Assembly (NCBI GenBank): GCA_964431135.1
Contig: CAYSIN010000004.1
Location: 2,445-66,444 of the forward strand
DNA: 64,000 nt
Direction: 5' to 3'
Origin: an uncultured Bacteroidales bacterium
Lineage (GTDB): Bacteria > Bacteroidota > Bacteroidia > Bacteroidales > GWA2-32-17
This document shows positions 37,385-47,180 of the stretch, in pieces. The notes beneath the pieces were generated by a model. It saw nothing but the letters and a program-made list of their open reading frames with translations, was not told where the DNA came from and made no database searches. The stretch's first letter is position 1; each line of letters starts with the position of its first letter. A program made the position numbers and the translations under genes.

Positions 37385-38770
37385 ATGTCTGAATTTATAA
37401 CATGGAAATATACACTAAGCGTATGGGATGCTATTTTGCCGCCTTTTTACTTACTTTTTATATTATTATATGCATACACGGTAAAACTAAGAAAAATTAA
37501 TCGTTACAATGAATACAAGTTTTATATATCAGGATTATCTATAAAGATTGCTGGTGGATTATTTTTTGCATTTATTTATCTATTTCATTATGATGGAGGT
37601 GATACTACTGAATATTTTAGAAGTTCATTAAGTTTATTAAATTTGGCAAAAGTTGATTTTGGTAAATATTTCAGTATTATGTTGGGGCACCTCACTCCCG
37701 AAAATGCCAGTCTTTTTGGACCAAAAATTGGGGATTGTCCATATTACAGCGATTATCAATCTTATGCTGTGGTTCGTTTTTCAAGTATTTTTGTTTTTCT
37801 GGCTGGTAAAAGTTATATTACTACTACCATTCTAATAGCGGCATTTACATTTAGCGGGCTTTGGAGTTTATTTAGACTTTTATATTATCAATTCCCTAAA
37901 AATAAAGCCACTTCTGCATTTGCTGTATTGTTTATTCCTTCTACACTTTTTTGGGGTAGCGGTATATTAAAAGATTCATATACATTGATGGGCACTTGTT
38001 TGTTGTTTGTCTCATTTTATAAAATGAGTGTCTTGCATAAAAATATTTTTAAAAATATATTAATAATGTTATTTGCTGCTTATCTGCTACTTTCCATAAA
38101 GCCGTATATCTTTTTTGCTTTGGCAGCGTCTTTTATTTTAGTTCTGATTTATATGAATATTACACTAATTAAGAATAAAGTTTTAAGAATAACGGTTGTT
38201 CCTGTTTCTATTATTATTGTTCTTATTATTGGTATAAATTTATTATTAAAAACAGGTGAAACCATTGGTGGACAATACTCGTCGCTGGAAAATATGCTTA
38301 AAAAAGCATCCATTAATCAATATGATTTAAAACAAGCCTATTATGGTGGGAACTCCTTTGATATAGGCTCTTTTGAGCCTACTATTGCGGGTGTTGCTTC
38401 CAAAATACCCAAAGCGGTTATAGCAGGGCTATTTAGACCATATATTTGGGAAAGCAAGAATATGGTTATGTTTATATCAGGATTGGAAAACAGTATTTTT
38501 CTTTTTCTTTCCTTGTATGTTGTCTTTTTATCCTTTTTTACATGGCGGAAATATGGGTTTAAATACATGAGGCAAGTCTTGTTGAGCGATGTATTTATTG
38601 TTTTTAGCCTATCGTTTTGTTTTATTTTTTCTTTTTTTATCGGTATCAGTACAGCCAATTTTGGTGCACTGGTAAGGTATAAAATTCCACTCATACCGTT
38701 TTTTATGGCATCTCTCTTTATTATTGTACAAAATTTCAATATTGAAAAAGAAGAAAAAAAGACTTCCTGA
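37385..38770 (+). CDS. Multi-pass membrane protein, possibly a polysaccharide polymerase or membrane glycosyltransferase
   Basis: It has about 10 or more predicted TM segments and no family motif I recognise. It is divergent from the GT2 gene. I chose the ATG at 37385 because the TTG at 37307 leaves no promoter space. Confidence 0.55.
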   Translation: MSEFITWKYTLSVWDAILPPFYLLFILLYAYTVKLRKINRYNEYKFYISGLSIKIAGGLFFAFIYLFHYDGGDTTEYFRSSLSLLNLAKVDFGKYFSIMLGHLTPENASLFGPKIGDCPYYSDYQSYAVVRFSSIFVFLAGKSYITTTILIAAFTFSGLWSLFRLLYYQFPKNKATSAFAVLFIPSTLFWGSGILKDSYTLMGTCLLFVSFYKMSVLHKNIFKNILIMLFAAYLLLSIKPYIFFALAASFILVLIYMNITLIKNKVLRITVVPVSIIIVLIIGINLLLKTGETIGGQYSSLENMLKKASINQYDLKQAYYGGNSFDIGSFEPTIAGVASKIPKAVIAGLFRPYIWESKNMVMFISGLENSIFLFLSLYVVFLSFFTWRKYGFKYMRQVLLSDVFIVFSLSFCFIFSFFIGISTANFGALVRYKIPLIPFFMASLFIIVQNFNIEKEEKKTS

Positions 38771-38775
38771 CGTTA

Positions 38776-38852
38776 ATACCGGCTTGCTAACAAAAAAATA
38801 ATTTAGTCGCTCTTTAAAAATCGTTTTTTGGTCTCGTCATTGCTGACGAGAC
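38776..38852 (+). repeat. Intergenic repeat copy: box 1 (ATACCGGCTTGCTAACAA), box 2 (AGTCGCTCTTTAAAAA), then hairpin GTCTCGTCA-TTGC-TGACGAGAC
   Basis: Related copies are at 28721-28822, 48405-48491 and 56517-56624. This copy starts 5 nt after the stop at 38770. Confidence 0.7.
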
Positions 38853-38885
38853 GAGATTGGAGTTTGACAAGATTTTCTTTTTCGT

Positions 38886-38893
38886 TATTTTTG
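38886..38893 (+). promoter_or_regulatory. Candidate -7 promoter box (TATTTTTG) for the S41 peptidase gene
   Basis: It matches TAnnTTTG 20 nt upstream of the ATG at 38913. Confidence 0.35.
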
Positions 38894-38912
38894 CCGTGAA
38901 AATTTTTGATAT

Positions 38913-40586
38913 ATGAAAGAGAAAAAAAATAAAGTCCGCCGACGTATTAAAACGTGGATAACCCTGCTTGTTATTGTCATATCTATACCTTCTTTTATTG
39001 CTTTCAGTGATGATGATGTTAATTTTGAAATAGTCAAAAATCTGGACATTTATTATTCTCTGTTTCGTGAAATGAATGTGTATTATGTGGACGAAATAAA
39101 ACCGTCGGAGGCTATCAAAAAAAGTATTGATGCCATGTTGAGCACACTTGACCCGTACACGGTTTTTATTCCCGAATCGCAAATAGAAGACCTTCGTTTC
39201 ATGACAACAGGACAATATGGAGGCGTAGGAGCATTAATAAGACAACGGGGTAAAGAGAATATGATTTCCGAAACGTATGAAGGGTTTCCAGCACAAAAAA
39301 ACAATCTTCATCCGGGTGATGTGGTTTTAGAAGTGGATGGTAACAACATTGAAGGAAAGAATTATGAAGAAGTGAGTGAATTGTTGAAAGGACAACCCAA
39401 TACCAGTGTTACAGTAAAAATTAGAAGAGCCGTAACAAATATCATAGAAACAAAAACCATTACCCGTGAAGAGATAAAAATCAGCAATGTCCCTTATTTT
39501 GGCGTATTGGAAGACAACATTGGCTATATTTATCTGTCCAATTTTACCGAAAATGCATCTGCCGAAGTTACCAAAGCATTTAAGGAATTGAAGTCGCAAG
39601 GAATAAAACAATTGGTACTGGATTTACGAAGCAACCCCGGCGGTTTGCTTATGGAAGCAGTAAACATGATGAGTTTGTTTGTGCCTAAGGGAACGCTGAT
39701 TGTTAGTACCAAAGGACGTATTAAAGATTGGGAAAAATCGTATCTTTCTACCGGTCAGCCATTGGATACGGAGATACCTATCGTAGTATTGGTAAACAGC
39801 GGTTCGGCATCGGCATCCGAAATTATTGCCGGTGCCATGCAAGATTTGGACCGTGGTATTATTATCGGACAGCGTACCTTTGGAAAGGGGCTTGTTCAAA
39901 CAACCCGTGATTTAAGTTATAACGCCAAACTGAAAATTACGACAGCAAAATATTATACTCCTTCGGGCAGATGTATTCAGGCTTTAGATTATTCACATCG
40001 CAATCCCGACGGAAGTGTAGGTAAAATTGCCGATTCGCTCATGCATCCTTTTAAAACCAAAGTCGGTAGAGTAGTTTATGATGGCGGCGGTATTGCTCCC
40101 GATTTTTCTATTACTCCCGATGAACTAAGTCCATTGGCGAGCGCACTTTTAATGAACGATATTATTTTTGATTACGCCAATGTATATTTTTCTAAGCATC
40201 CTACCATGTCCGGATTAAACAATGTTGTGATTAATGAAGAAATGTATAACGATTTTATTCAATTTACATCTACCAAAAAATTCAGTTATAAAACACAAAG
40301 CGAAGAAATAGTAAGCGATTTAGCAGAATCATTAAAGAAAGAGAAATATTATGATATACTAAAAGGAGATATTGAACATTTGCAAAAAGAACTGTCGCAA
40401 AATAAAGAAAACGATTTTAAACTTTTCGAAAAAGAAATAAAGCAATTGCTTTATGAAGAAATTGCCAGCCGATATTTTTATCAAAAAGGCAGATTGCTTG
40501 CCATGCTCAAAGATGACCCTGCACTTGGCAAAGCCAAAGAAGTCTTAAAAAACGACAAAGAATACAAAAGCATCTTGAAAAAATAA
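38913..40586 (+). CDS. S41 family C-terminal processing (tail-specific) peptidase
   Basis: It has a PDZ region and S41 motifs (DLRSNPGGLL, VLVNSGSASASEI, GQRTFGKG). Confidence 0.9.
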   Translation: MKEKKNKVRRRIKTWITLLVIVISIPSFIAFSDDDVNFEIVKNLDIYYSLFREMNVYYVDEIKPSEAIKKSIDAMLSTLDPYTVFIPESQIEDLRFMTTGQYGGVGALIRQRGKENMISETYEGFPAQKNNLHPGDVVLEVDGNNIEGKNYEEVSELLKGQPNTSVTVKIRRAVTNIIETKTITREEIKISNVPYFGVLEDNIGYIYLSNFTENASAEVTKAFKELKSQGIKQLVLDLRSNPGGLLMEAVNMMSLFVPKGTLIVSTKGRIKDWEKSYLSTGQPLDTEIPIVVLVNSGSASASEIIAGAMQDLDRGIIIGQRTFGKGLVQTTRDLSYNAKLKITTAKYYTPSGRCIQALDYSHRNPDGSVGKIADSLMHPFKTKVGRVVYDGGGIAPDFSITPDELSPLASALLMNDIIFDYANVYFSKHPTMSGLNNVVINEEMYNDFIQFTSTKKFSYKTQSEEIVSDLAESLKKEKYYDILKGDIEHLQKELSQNKENDFKLFEKEIKQLLYEEIASRYFYQKGRLLAMLKDDPALGKAKEVLKNDKEYKSILKK

Positions 40587-40624
40587 AGGATGGTTATATA
40601 GTTATTTCTTAAAAAATAGATTTT

Positions 40625-41062
40625 ATGGCATTGTTCGCCTCGTCAAAAATTCTTATTCTTTGTACCGGAAATAGTTGTCGCAGTCAAATGGCAGAAGCAT
40701 TTTTAAAATCGTTTGACAACACACTGCAGGTTTTTTCGGCAGGTACAGAACCTGCAAATCAGATAAACCCGTTTACCATTAAAGTAATGGCAGAAGTTGG
40801 TATTCATATAGATAATACGATACGCCCTAAACATGTGAATCTGTTTTTAAATGATGCATTTGATTACCTGATAACAGTTTGTGATGATGCAAAAGAATCA
40901 TGTCCTGTTTTTTATGGTCAGGTAACCTATCGACTGCATTTTGGATTTGAAGACCCTGCCAACGCTAAGGGAAACGAAGAAGATATACTTAATTCTTTTC
41001 GAAAAGTTCGTGATGAAATAAAAACTGTTTTTTTTAAGTGGTATTTGGAAATAAAAAATTAG
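40625..41062 (+). CDS. arsC: Arsenate reductase (LMW-PTP type)
   Basis: It has the CX5R P-loop ([13 protein letters not shown]) and downstream Cys residues ([10 protein letters not shown]). Confidence 0.88.
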   Translation: MALFASSKILILCTGNSCRSQMAEAFLKSFDNTLQVFSAGTEPANQINPFTIKVMAEVGIHIDNTIRPKHVNLFLNDAFDYLITVCDDAKESCPVFYGQVTYRLHFGFEDPANAKGNEEDILNSFRKVRDEIKTVFFKWYLEIKN

Positions 41063-41064
41063 TT

Positions 41065-42126
41065 ATGAAATCAACTAAACGTTTAAGTTTTTTAGACAGG
41101 TATTTAACCCTATGGATTTTTTTAGCCATGACTTTGGGTGTAATAATGGGATATTTTTCCCCATCGATAGCAGTTTTTTGGGATTCGCTTAAACCCAATC
41201 CACAAAGTACCACCAACATTCCCATTGCTATAGGATTAATCTTAATGATGTTTCCACCACTGGCAAAAGTGAGATACGAAGAACTGGGCGATGTGTTTAA
41301 GAATTACAAAGTGCTTGGATTATCGTTAGTGCAAAACTGGATAATTGGACCTGTACTGATGTTTTTACTGGGTATTTTGTTTTTTAAACTATTCCCTGGT
41401 GAAAACAACGCCAATCTGTCTTATATGTATGGCATTATTATGATTGGACTTGCACGCTGCATTGCTATGGTTATTGTATGGAACGATTTAGCCAAAGGTG
41501 ATACGCAATATGCCGCCGGACTGGTAGCATTTAATTCTATTTTTCAAGTGATTTTCTATTCATTATATGCCTATTTGTTTATTGCCATTTTGCCGGGTTG
41601 GTTTGGGATTCCTACGAACAATATTGTTGAAAATATTACGATAGGACAAATTGCTAAAAGTGTATTTATATATTTAGGCATTCCCTTTATGGCAGGTTTT
41701 TTAACTCGTTTTATTCTTATTCGCATCAAAGACAAGGAATGGTATCATACCACGTTTATTCCTAAAATTAGCCCTCTCACCTTAATAGCATTGCTGTTTA
41801 CTATTATTGTCATGTTCTCTATGAAAGGGGAATATATTATTAAAATCCCCATGGATGTATTGATAATAGCCCTTCCACTTCTTTTATATTTTGTTATAAT
41901 GTTTTTTACTTCCTTTTACATCAGCAAAAAAACAGGTGCAACCTACGAACAGTCGGTAACGTTATCGTTTACTGCTGCAAGCAACAATTTTGAATTAGCC
42001 ATTGCGGTGGCTATTGCTATTTTTGGAATGAACTCGGGCGAAGCCTTTGCTGCCGTTATTGGACCCTTGGTCGAAGTACCGGTTATGATTGGATTGGTCA
42101 ATGTGGCGCTGCGATTCAAGAAATAA
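41065..42126 (+). CDS. acr3: Arsenite efflux transporter, ACR3 family
   Basis: It is a ~10-TM protein with typical ACR3 N-terminal features ([13 protein letters not shown]) and the motif ARCIAMV. It lies 2 nt after arsC. Confidence 0.88.
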   Translation: MKSTKRLSFLDRYLTLWIFLAMTLGVIMGYFSPSIAVFWDSLKPNPQSTTNIPIAIGLILMMFPPLAKVRYEELGDVFKNYKVLGLSLVQNWIIGPVLMFLLGILFFKLFPGENNANLSYMYGIIMIGLARCIAMVIVWNDLAKGDTQYAAGLVAFNSIFQVIFYSLYAYLFIAILPGWFGIPTNNIVENITIGQIAKSVFIYLGIPFMAGFLTRFILIRIKDKEWYHTTFIPKISPLTLIALLFTIIVMFSMKGEYIIKIPMDVLIIALPLLLYFVIMFFTSFYISKKTGATYEQSVTLSFTAASNNFELAIAVAIAIFGMNSGEAFAAVIGPLVEVPVMIGLVNVALRFKK

Positions 42127-43105
42127 TTTTTGTTCCACATTTTTGGCAACATCCATTTATCAGATTTTTTAACGTTGTATGATAGTATTTTCTTTCTATA
42201 ACCAATGTATGACAAAACGGACAATAGGTATTGTTGTCGGCATCATTCAAATTACCGCTATAAGCATAAAGCATGCCTTTGGATGTTGCCAATTTTACGG
42301 CTTCAACAATATGTTCGGCAGGTGTAGGCAACAAATGTTCCAGTTGATAAGCAGGGAAAAAACGTGAAAAATGTAACGGTACAAAGGTTAATTTATTTTC
42401 TAACAGCCAATCTATAAAAGCCATTATTTGTTTTGTATCATCCGAAAAAGATGGCACTAGCAAGTAAGTCAACTCTATATGTACTTTTTGCTGTGTCAAT
42501 GTTTTTATAGTTTCGAGTATTGGTTGCAATGAGCCTCCGGTCAAATTTCTATAGACTTTTTCATCAAATGCCTTTACATCAATATTGACAGCATCCATAA
42601 ACGGAATAAGATGCAACAACGGTGCTTGATTAATAAAACCATTCGAAACCATAATGTTTTTTAATCCATGTTTATGAGCAAGTTCGGCTGTTTCAAGCAT
42701 GTACTCATAAAAAATAGTTGGTTCGGTATAAGTATAGGAAATAGAAGGACATTTTTTTGAAATAGCATTTTCTACTATATACGAGGGTGAAAAATGGTAA
42801 CCCGTATGCTCTGTTTCCTGAGAAATATGGCTGTTCTGGCAATTTTTACATTTAAGATTACAGCCAGCCATAGCAATAGAAAACGTTGCTGTGCTATGCA
42901 TAAAATGATATAGCGGTTTTTTTTCAATGGGGTCTATGGCAATGGCACAAATATTATTATACGCATGCGTTATCAGTTTTTGCTGCACATTTTGTCTCAC
43001 CCCACAAATACCGTTTTGCCCTTCCTTTAACAAGCACTGATGTGGACAAAGAAGACATTGAACGTTCTTGTTTTCTTTTTGCCAGTATAATGCTTCGTGT
43101 TCCAT
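42116..43105 (-). CDS. amrS: AmmeMemoRadiSam system radical SAM enzyme (AmrS-like)
   Basis: N-terminal family pattern is present ([34 protein letters not shown]). It also has a radical SAM cluster ([10 protein letters not shown]) and a C-terminal Cys pair region (CPFC...CQKCG). Confidence 0.85.
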   Translation of the reverse strand: MEHEALYWQKENKNVQCLLCPHQCLLKEGQNGICGVRQNVQQKLITHAYNNICAIAIDPIEKKPLYHFMHSTATFSIAMAGCNLKCKNCQNSHISQETEHTGYHFSPSYIVENAISKKCPSISYTYTEPTIFYEYMLETAELAHKHGLKNIMVSNGFINQAPLLHLIPFMDAVNIDVKAFDEKVYRNLTGGSLQPILETIKTLTQQKVHIELTYLLVPSFSDDTKQIMAFIDWLLENKLTFVPLHFSRFFPAYQLEHLLPTPAEHIVEAVKLATSKGMLYAYSGNLNDADNNTYCPFCHTLVIERKYYHTTLKNLINGCCQKCGTKIIS

Positions 43106-43108
43106 ATT

Positions 43109-44227
43109 TTATTCAGCAATGCTTAATCCTGCTTCTATATATGAATAGACATCTGCATTAAAATGCCCTTTGTACTCTTTGGAAGTACGATGTCCTAAAC
43201 GAACAATCACTAAATTTTTATCGGGAATCATAATAATATATTGTCCATACAAGCCGCAAGCCATCGTTATTTTCATATTCTTATACGTCATCATCCACCA
43301 TTGATAACCGTAAAAGTCCACACTGTTGCCATATCGGTCAGTAAGATTTTTGGCAGGGGTAAAACTCTGTTTTATATATTCTTTAGAAAGCAATGGTTTC
43401 GATTTCCATTCTCCCTGATGAAGGCAAAATATGCCGATGCGTGCAAAATCGTGTGCGGTAGCATAAAAATTACAGTATGCTTTTTCGTTACCTTCTTTTT
43501 GGTCAAGGCTCCAAAGGGCATCATGTTCAGCACCCAGCGGTTGCCATAATTTTTCTTCCGCATATTGACTAAGCGACTTGCCAGTAGCTTTTTCAAGCAA
43601 TAATCCTAACAGTTGCGTGTTGGCACTTAAATAACGAAATGTATAACCGGGTGTCTGTTCTATTTTTAATCGCATCATCTGGCTGTACAAATGGCGACCA
43701 TAATATGCTTTTGCCGTTTGTCCAAATGGATTAATGTAATTTTCTTTCCACGCAATGCCACTGCTCATGGTTAATAAATCACGTACACGCAGATGCTTGC
43801 TACAGCCATCTTCAAAATTGGGCAAATACTCACAAACAAACTGGTCAACCGATTTTATATAACCATCCTGCAAGGCAAATCCAACGAGTAAACTTACAAT
43901 ACTCTTGGACATGGAAAACGAACTTGATATAACATCTGCCCCACCTTCGTTCCAGTATTTTTCAAATAAAACCGAATCGTTTTTAATAACCAGATATGCT
44001 GTTGTTTTTAATTGCTCCAGCATGGGAAATAGTGATGCGGGATATTCTTTGGTATTATAAAATACCGAACAGGGCAATGAATCGGGATGCGAGGATGCTT
44101 TTATTACATGGTTGGGAAATATTTTATAATCGTAAATACCTGCTGTTTGATAAAGCAAAATTCTACCCACATAACAACCTTGGAATAAAAACGCAATCAT
44201 CAAGAAAAAACAGATTTTTTTAATCAT
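43109..44227 (-). CDS. Beta-lactamase-fold serine hydrolase (class C / S12-like)
   Basis: It has a signal or lipoprotein N-terminus (FQGC) and an SxxK motif (SMSKS). Confidence 0.75.
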   Translation of the reverse strand: MIKKICFFLMIAFLFQGCYVGRILLYQTAGIYDYKIFPNHVIKASSHPDSLPCSVFYNTKEYPASLFPMLEQLKTTAYLVIKNDSVLFEKYWNEGGADVISSSFSMSKSIVSLLVGFALQDGYIKSVDQFVCEYLPNFEDGCSKHLRVRDLLTMSSGIAWKENYINPFGQTAKAYYGRHLYSQMMRLKIEQTPGYTFRYLSANTQLLGLLLEKATGKSLSQYAEEKLWQPLGAEHDALWSLDQKEGNEKAYCNFYATAHDFARIGIFCLHQGEWKSKPLLSKEYIKQSFTPAKNLTDRYGNSVDFYGYQWWMMTYKNMKITMACGLYGQYIIMIPDKNLVIVRLGHRTSKEYKGHFNADVYSYIEAGLSIAE

Positions 44228-44234
44228 GGTACAT

Positions 44235-44810
44235 TTATTTAATGGGTGTATTATCTTTTTGAGACCTTACATATATTCTATAAGAAGAGAAAAAGTTGGT
44301 ATCGGCAAAATGCTGTAGTATAAACGATTTATAAGAATGCTGTTTTGATACTTGCGATGAAACTTTATCGGTATAATATCCCCAAAAACACAAGGTATCT
44401 TTGCTAAATGTAAAAGGATAATACACATATTCATGGCTTGTTTTATTAAATAAAAGTTGCACGTTAGCAATGTTTTTATCTTTACATCGACTTATAAAGG
44501 CTCTGAAAAGAATAGGAGATGATGATTGATTGGTATCGTACGAATTATAAACACACAATACATATTCATGCTGATTGAAAGGAGTAATATATAAATAGTG
44601 TGAATCAACGGTCATATTGAAATGGTTATAATTGGTGCATCCTGTATATTTCCATACACCGGTAATGCCGGTATCTATTTTGGATTGGCCAACACGAGAT
44701 AATGGTTTGTTACCACTCAATTCCTGACACGAAAGTAACACTATAAGAAAAATACCTTTGGCTGTTTCTGATAAAATTTTTCTACCTGAATAAGGTAACA
44801 TGTGCATCAC
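44235..44810 (-). CDS. Hypothetical lipoprotein
   Basis: This is a 191-aa ORF with a lipobox-like LLSC. It overlaps the upstream gene by 4 nt, and its start is uncertain. Confidence 0.55.
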   Translation of the reverse strand: MMHMLPYSGRKILSETAKGIFLIVLLSCQELSGNKPLSRVGQSKIDTGITGVWKYTGCTNYNHFNMTVDSHYLYITPFNQHEYVLCVYNSYDTNQSSSPILFRAFISRCKDKNIANVQLLFNKTSHEYVYYPFTFSKDTLCFWGYYTDKVSSQVSKQHSYKSFILQHFADTNFFSSYRIYVRSQKDNTPIK

Positions 44811-45220
44811 ATTTTAGTATAAACGGCTGTATAAGATTCAGGACCATTTCCCTCGTCGATAGTATAGTTCCAACTTATGGAATTGAAGTTGGCAGCAATA
44901 CTGCCATTGCCATTCACCAGAAAAGATTCAATATATTGATTGTTAATAGTAATGGTTTGACCGCTAACTACGGCTGTAATATGCTTACCCTGTCCCAGAT
45001 TAGAAAAATTATCAATAAAAACACGTTGAGCAATAGTATCCTTAATAATATCTACTATATAATTTTGCGTACCAAATGGAGCAGAATTTTCCTGACATTT
45101 CCAGCCACCGGTAATTTTATCACGTATGTCGCTTGTATTATTGGTTTCTGAATCATCAGGGTTACATCCTACTACTGCTAATATAATAATGATACATAAG
45201 AAATAAAATGTTCGTTTCAT
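44807..45220 (-). CDS. Hypothetical lipoprotein
   Basis: It has a signal peptide plus lipobox (AVVGC). I prefer the ATG at 45220. Confidence 0.6.
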   Translation of the reverse strand: MKRTFYFLCIIIILAVVGCNPDDSETNNTSDIRDKITGGWKCQENSAPFGTQNYIVDIIKDTIAQRVFIDNFSNLGQGKHITAVVSGQTITINNQYIESFLVNGNGSIAANFNSISWNYTIDEGNGPESYTAVYTKM

Positions 45221-45367
45221 AAAAAAATCTTTTAGCAAATATACATAAAATATTTTACATACACAGAAAATAATTTTTTTTTCTATGAATTCATACCGAT
45301 ACGTATTCGATTTTTGATTTGTAACCCCTCTTGTAATGCGACTTGGTATAATATTTTAACGAATTTT

Positions 45368-46939
45368 TTAGGGTCCAAAGAATTTTACGTGAAGGATGAT
45401 TAATCCCAAACGGTAAAGGTTATATGCAGTAAAAGATTTAGATTTACTCTCCTGTCCCACGACACCGAAGTTTGAGCAAGGCAGAACGCTTGAATTACCA
45501 TTGAACCACTTATTGCTATAGACTTTGTTGGCTATAGTACTTGTATTCATAATTAAAAAATCATCATTTTCAAACACTTTATTGAATGATAAAGTCATTT
45601 TATTCAAATCTACATTAGAATGCTTATTGATAACAATAAATTTACATTTACGACTAATGATTTTATTAATGTATGAAGTATCTGATAATTGTTCATCCGT
45701 GCAATTCCAACCTTTTCGATGTGATAAATAAATCATTTGTGGATTACCATTTCCATTAAGTAATATCAAATCATCTCTAGTTGAAACCTTATCCATTATT
45801 TGTTCAATGCTCATTTTATATTTTTCTGATTCTTTTATAAAAAAATCATGTTGTTGATTAGCAATACTTTCTCCAACACCTAAAAATAGAACTGTTAAAA
45901 AAATCCATTGTTTTTTAATTAGAGAAAGAGTGTATCCCGCTATAAGTGCCATAATTGGCACAAATGGAATTATATAATAGTTGTGATGATAAAAATAAAA
46001 TCCTGACTTAAATATATACAATATAAAAATTACAAAAGGCAAAAGAAATGTTATAATCATTTTTCTATCTTTTTTGATGACCATTAGAACAAGACCAATA
46101 ATAAATAATGTAAAAACAATATAACTTGCAAAAGCGTCAAAGTAAAAATTATGTAATGTTTTATCAATATTTTCAATAATTTCAACAAATCCAGTTTTAA
46201 ATGATTTACCTGAATTATACCAGTTACCAAACTCACTTGACAGTTTGAAATTCCATTTAAAGTACCACAAATATGATAGGACTAAAGACGGGATAGTAGA
46301 TACTGCTAAAATAACTTTTTCTTTTAATGCAATTCTATTGTTTAGCAAATATAGTACAGGAAATACAAGGTAAATACATGCTGGTATTTTTGACAAAACG
46401 GCTAAGGATCCAAAAATCATATATAGAAAAATTTGATATGTCTTTTTCTCTTCTAAATATCTTAATCCATAATAAAGTCCAATAAACATAATTGAAATAC
46501 AATATGTATCAGGCATCATTTTTCTTGAAAATGAAAACCAAATGGATGTCGTTAAAAAAATAGTAGAAATAAAGGCAATACGTTCTTTGAAATTTGCCAA
46601 GCAAATCAATTTGTAAAAGAAAAATAACCCAAGAGAAGAAATTATAAGATTAATAAGTCTGCCATACCAATGAGTGTATCCAAATATTTTTGCCAACATA
46701 AAATAAATATAATTCATTGAAGGGAATTCCATTCCTATGATACCTGTATTTCCATTATTATCATCTATTCTTGGATATAAAATATTTGCATCTACTTCAA
46801 GAAAATTTCTTGCTACCATTAATCCTGTTACTTGTCGCCAATTATGACCTATTTCTAAAGGTGGATTTGTAATACCAATTAGTCTAATGAAAAAGAAAAT
46901 AAAAATCCAAAATTCAATTCTCTGATAAAACTTTTTCAT
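45368..46939 (-). CDS. GT39/GT83 (ArnT/PMT-like) membrane glycosyltransferase family protein
   Basis: The protein is 523 aa and multi-pass. The N-terminal pattern (NPPL..GHNWRQ..GLMVARNF...EFP..NY) is typical of the family. The gene is visibly AT-richer than its core neighbours. Confidence 0.6.
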   Translation of the reverse strand: MKKFYQRIEFWIFIFFFIRLIGITNPPLEIGHNWRQVTGLMVARNFLEVDANILYPRIDDNNGNTGIIGMEFPSMNYIYFMLAKIFGYTHWYGRLINLIISSLGLFFFYKLICLANFKERIAFISTIFLTTSIWFSFSRKMMPDTYCISIMFIGLYYGLRYLEEKKTYQIFLYMIFGSLAVLSKIPACIYLVFPVLYLLNNRIALKEKVILAVSTIPSLVLSYLWYFKWNFKLSSEFGNWYNSGKSFKTGFVEIIENIDKTLHNFYFDAFASYIVFTLFIIGLVLMVIKKDRKMIITFLLPFVIFILYIFKSGFYFYHHNYYIIPFVPIMALIAGYTLSLIKKQWIFLTVLFLGVGESIANQQHDFFIKESEKYKMSIEQIMDKVSTRDDLILLNGNGNPQMIYLSHRKGWNCTDEQLSDTSYINKIISRKCKFIVINKHSNVDLNKMTLSFNKVFENDDFLIMNTSTIANKVYSNKWFNGNSSVLPCSNFGVVGQESKSKSFTAYNLYRLGLIILHVKFFGP

Positions 46940-46955
46940 ATCATATCTTGTGTCT

Positions 46956-47055
46956 TTATGGTCTTGTCGATATTTCGATTTTCTGTCCTTTCACAATAGT
47001 TTACTCTCTATTTTGGTTCTGTTGTCTGTCTTTTTACACTTGGCGGTAACGGTTG
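46956..47055 (-). repeat. Conserved ~100-nt 3' element, copy B1
   Basis: It is about 85% identical to the reverse complement of 57583-57683, judged by eye alignment. It lies between the T9SS-cargo gene stop (47181) and the GT39-like gene start (46939). Confidence 0.8.
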
Positions 47056-47180
47056 AATGCAAAATTTGGCGAGCATTTTTCCTTGCAGTTCTTTGTCAAA
47101 CCGCTACGAACTATATTCCTTGCAGTCTTTGTCATAATGTGCCCGAGCCCGCTAAATATTTGCACGTTGTTACTATCAGT

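Noticed and set aside
38341-39215. Two ~132-aa minus-strand ORFs span the end of the membrane protein gene, the intergenic repeat and the start of the S41 peptidase gene.
   Set aside because: They overlap better-supported plus-strand genes and run through a repeat, hairpin and promoter region. I recognised no motifs in them.
40625-42126. The arsC-acr3 pair lacks arsR, which raised the possibility of an unusual arsenic island.
   Set aside because: Two-gene ars modules are common. The composition looks like the surrounding core, and the regulator may simply lie elsewhere.
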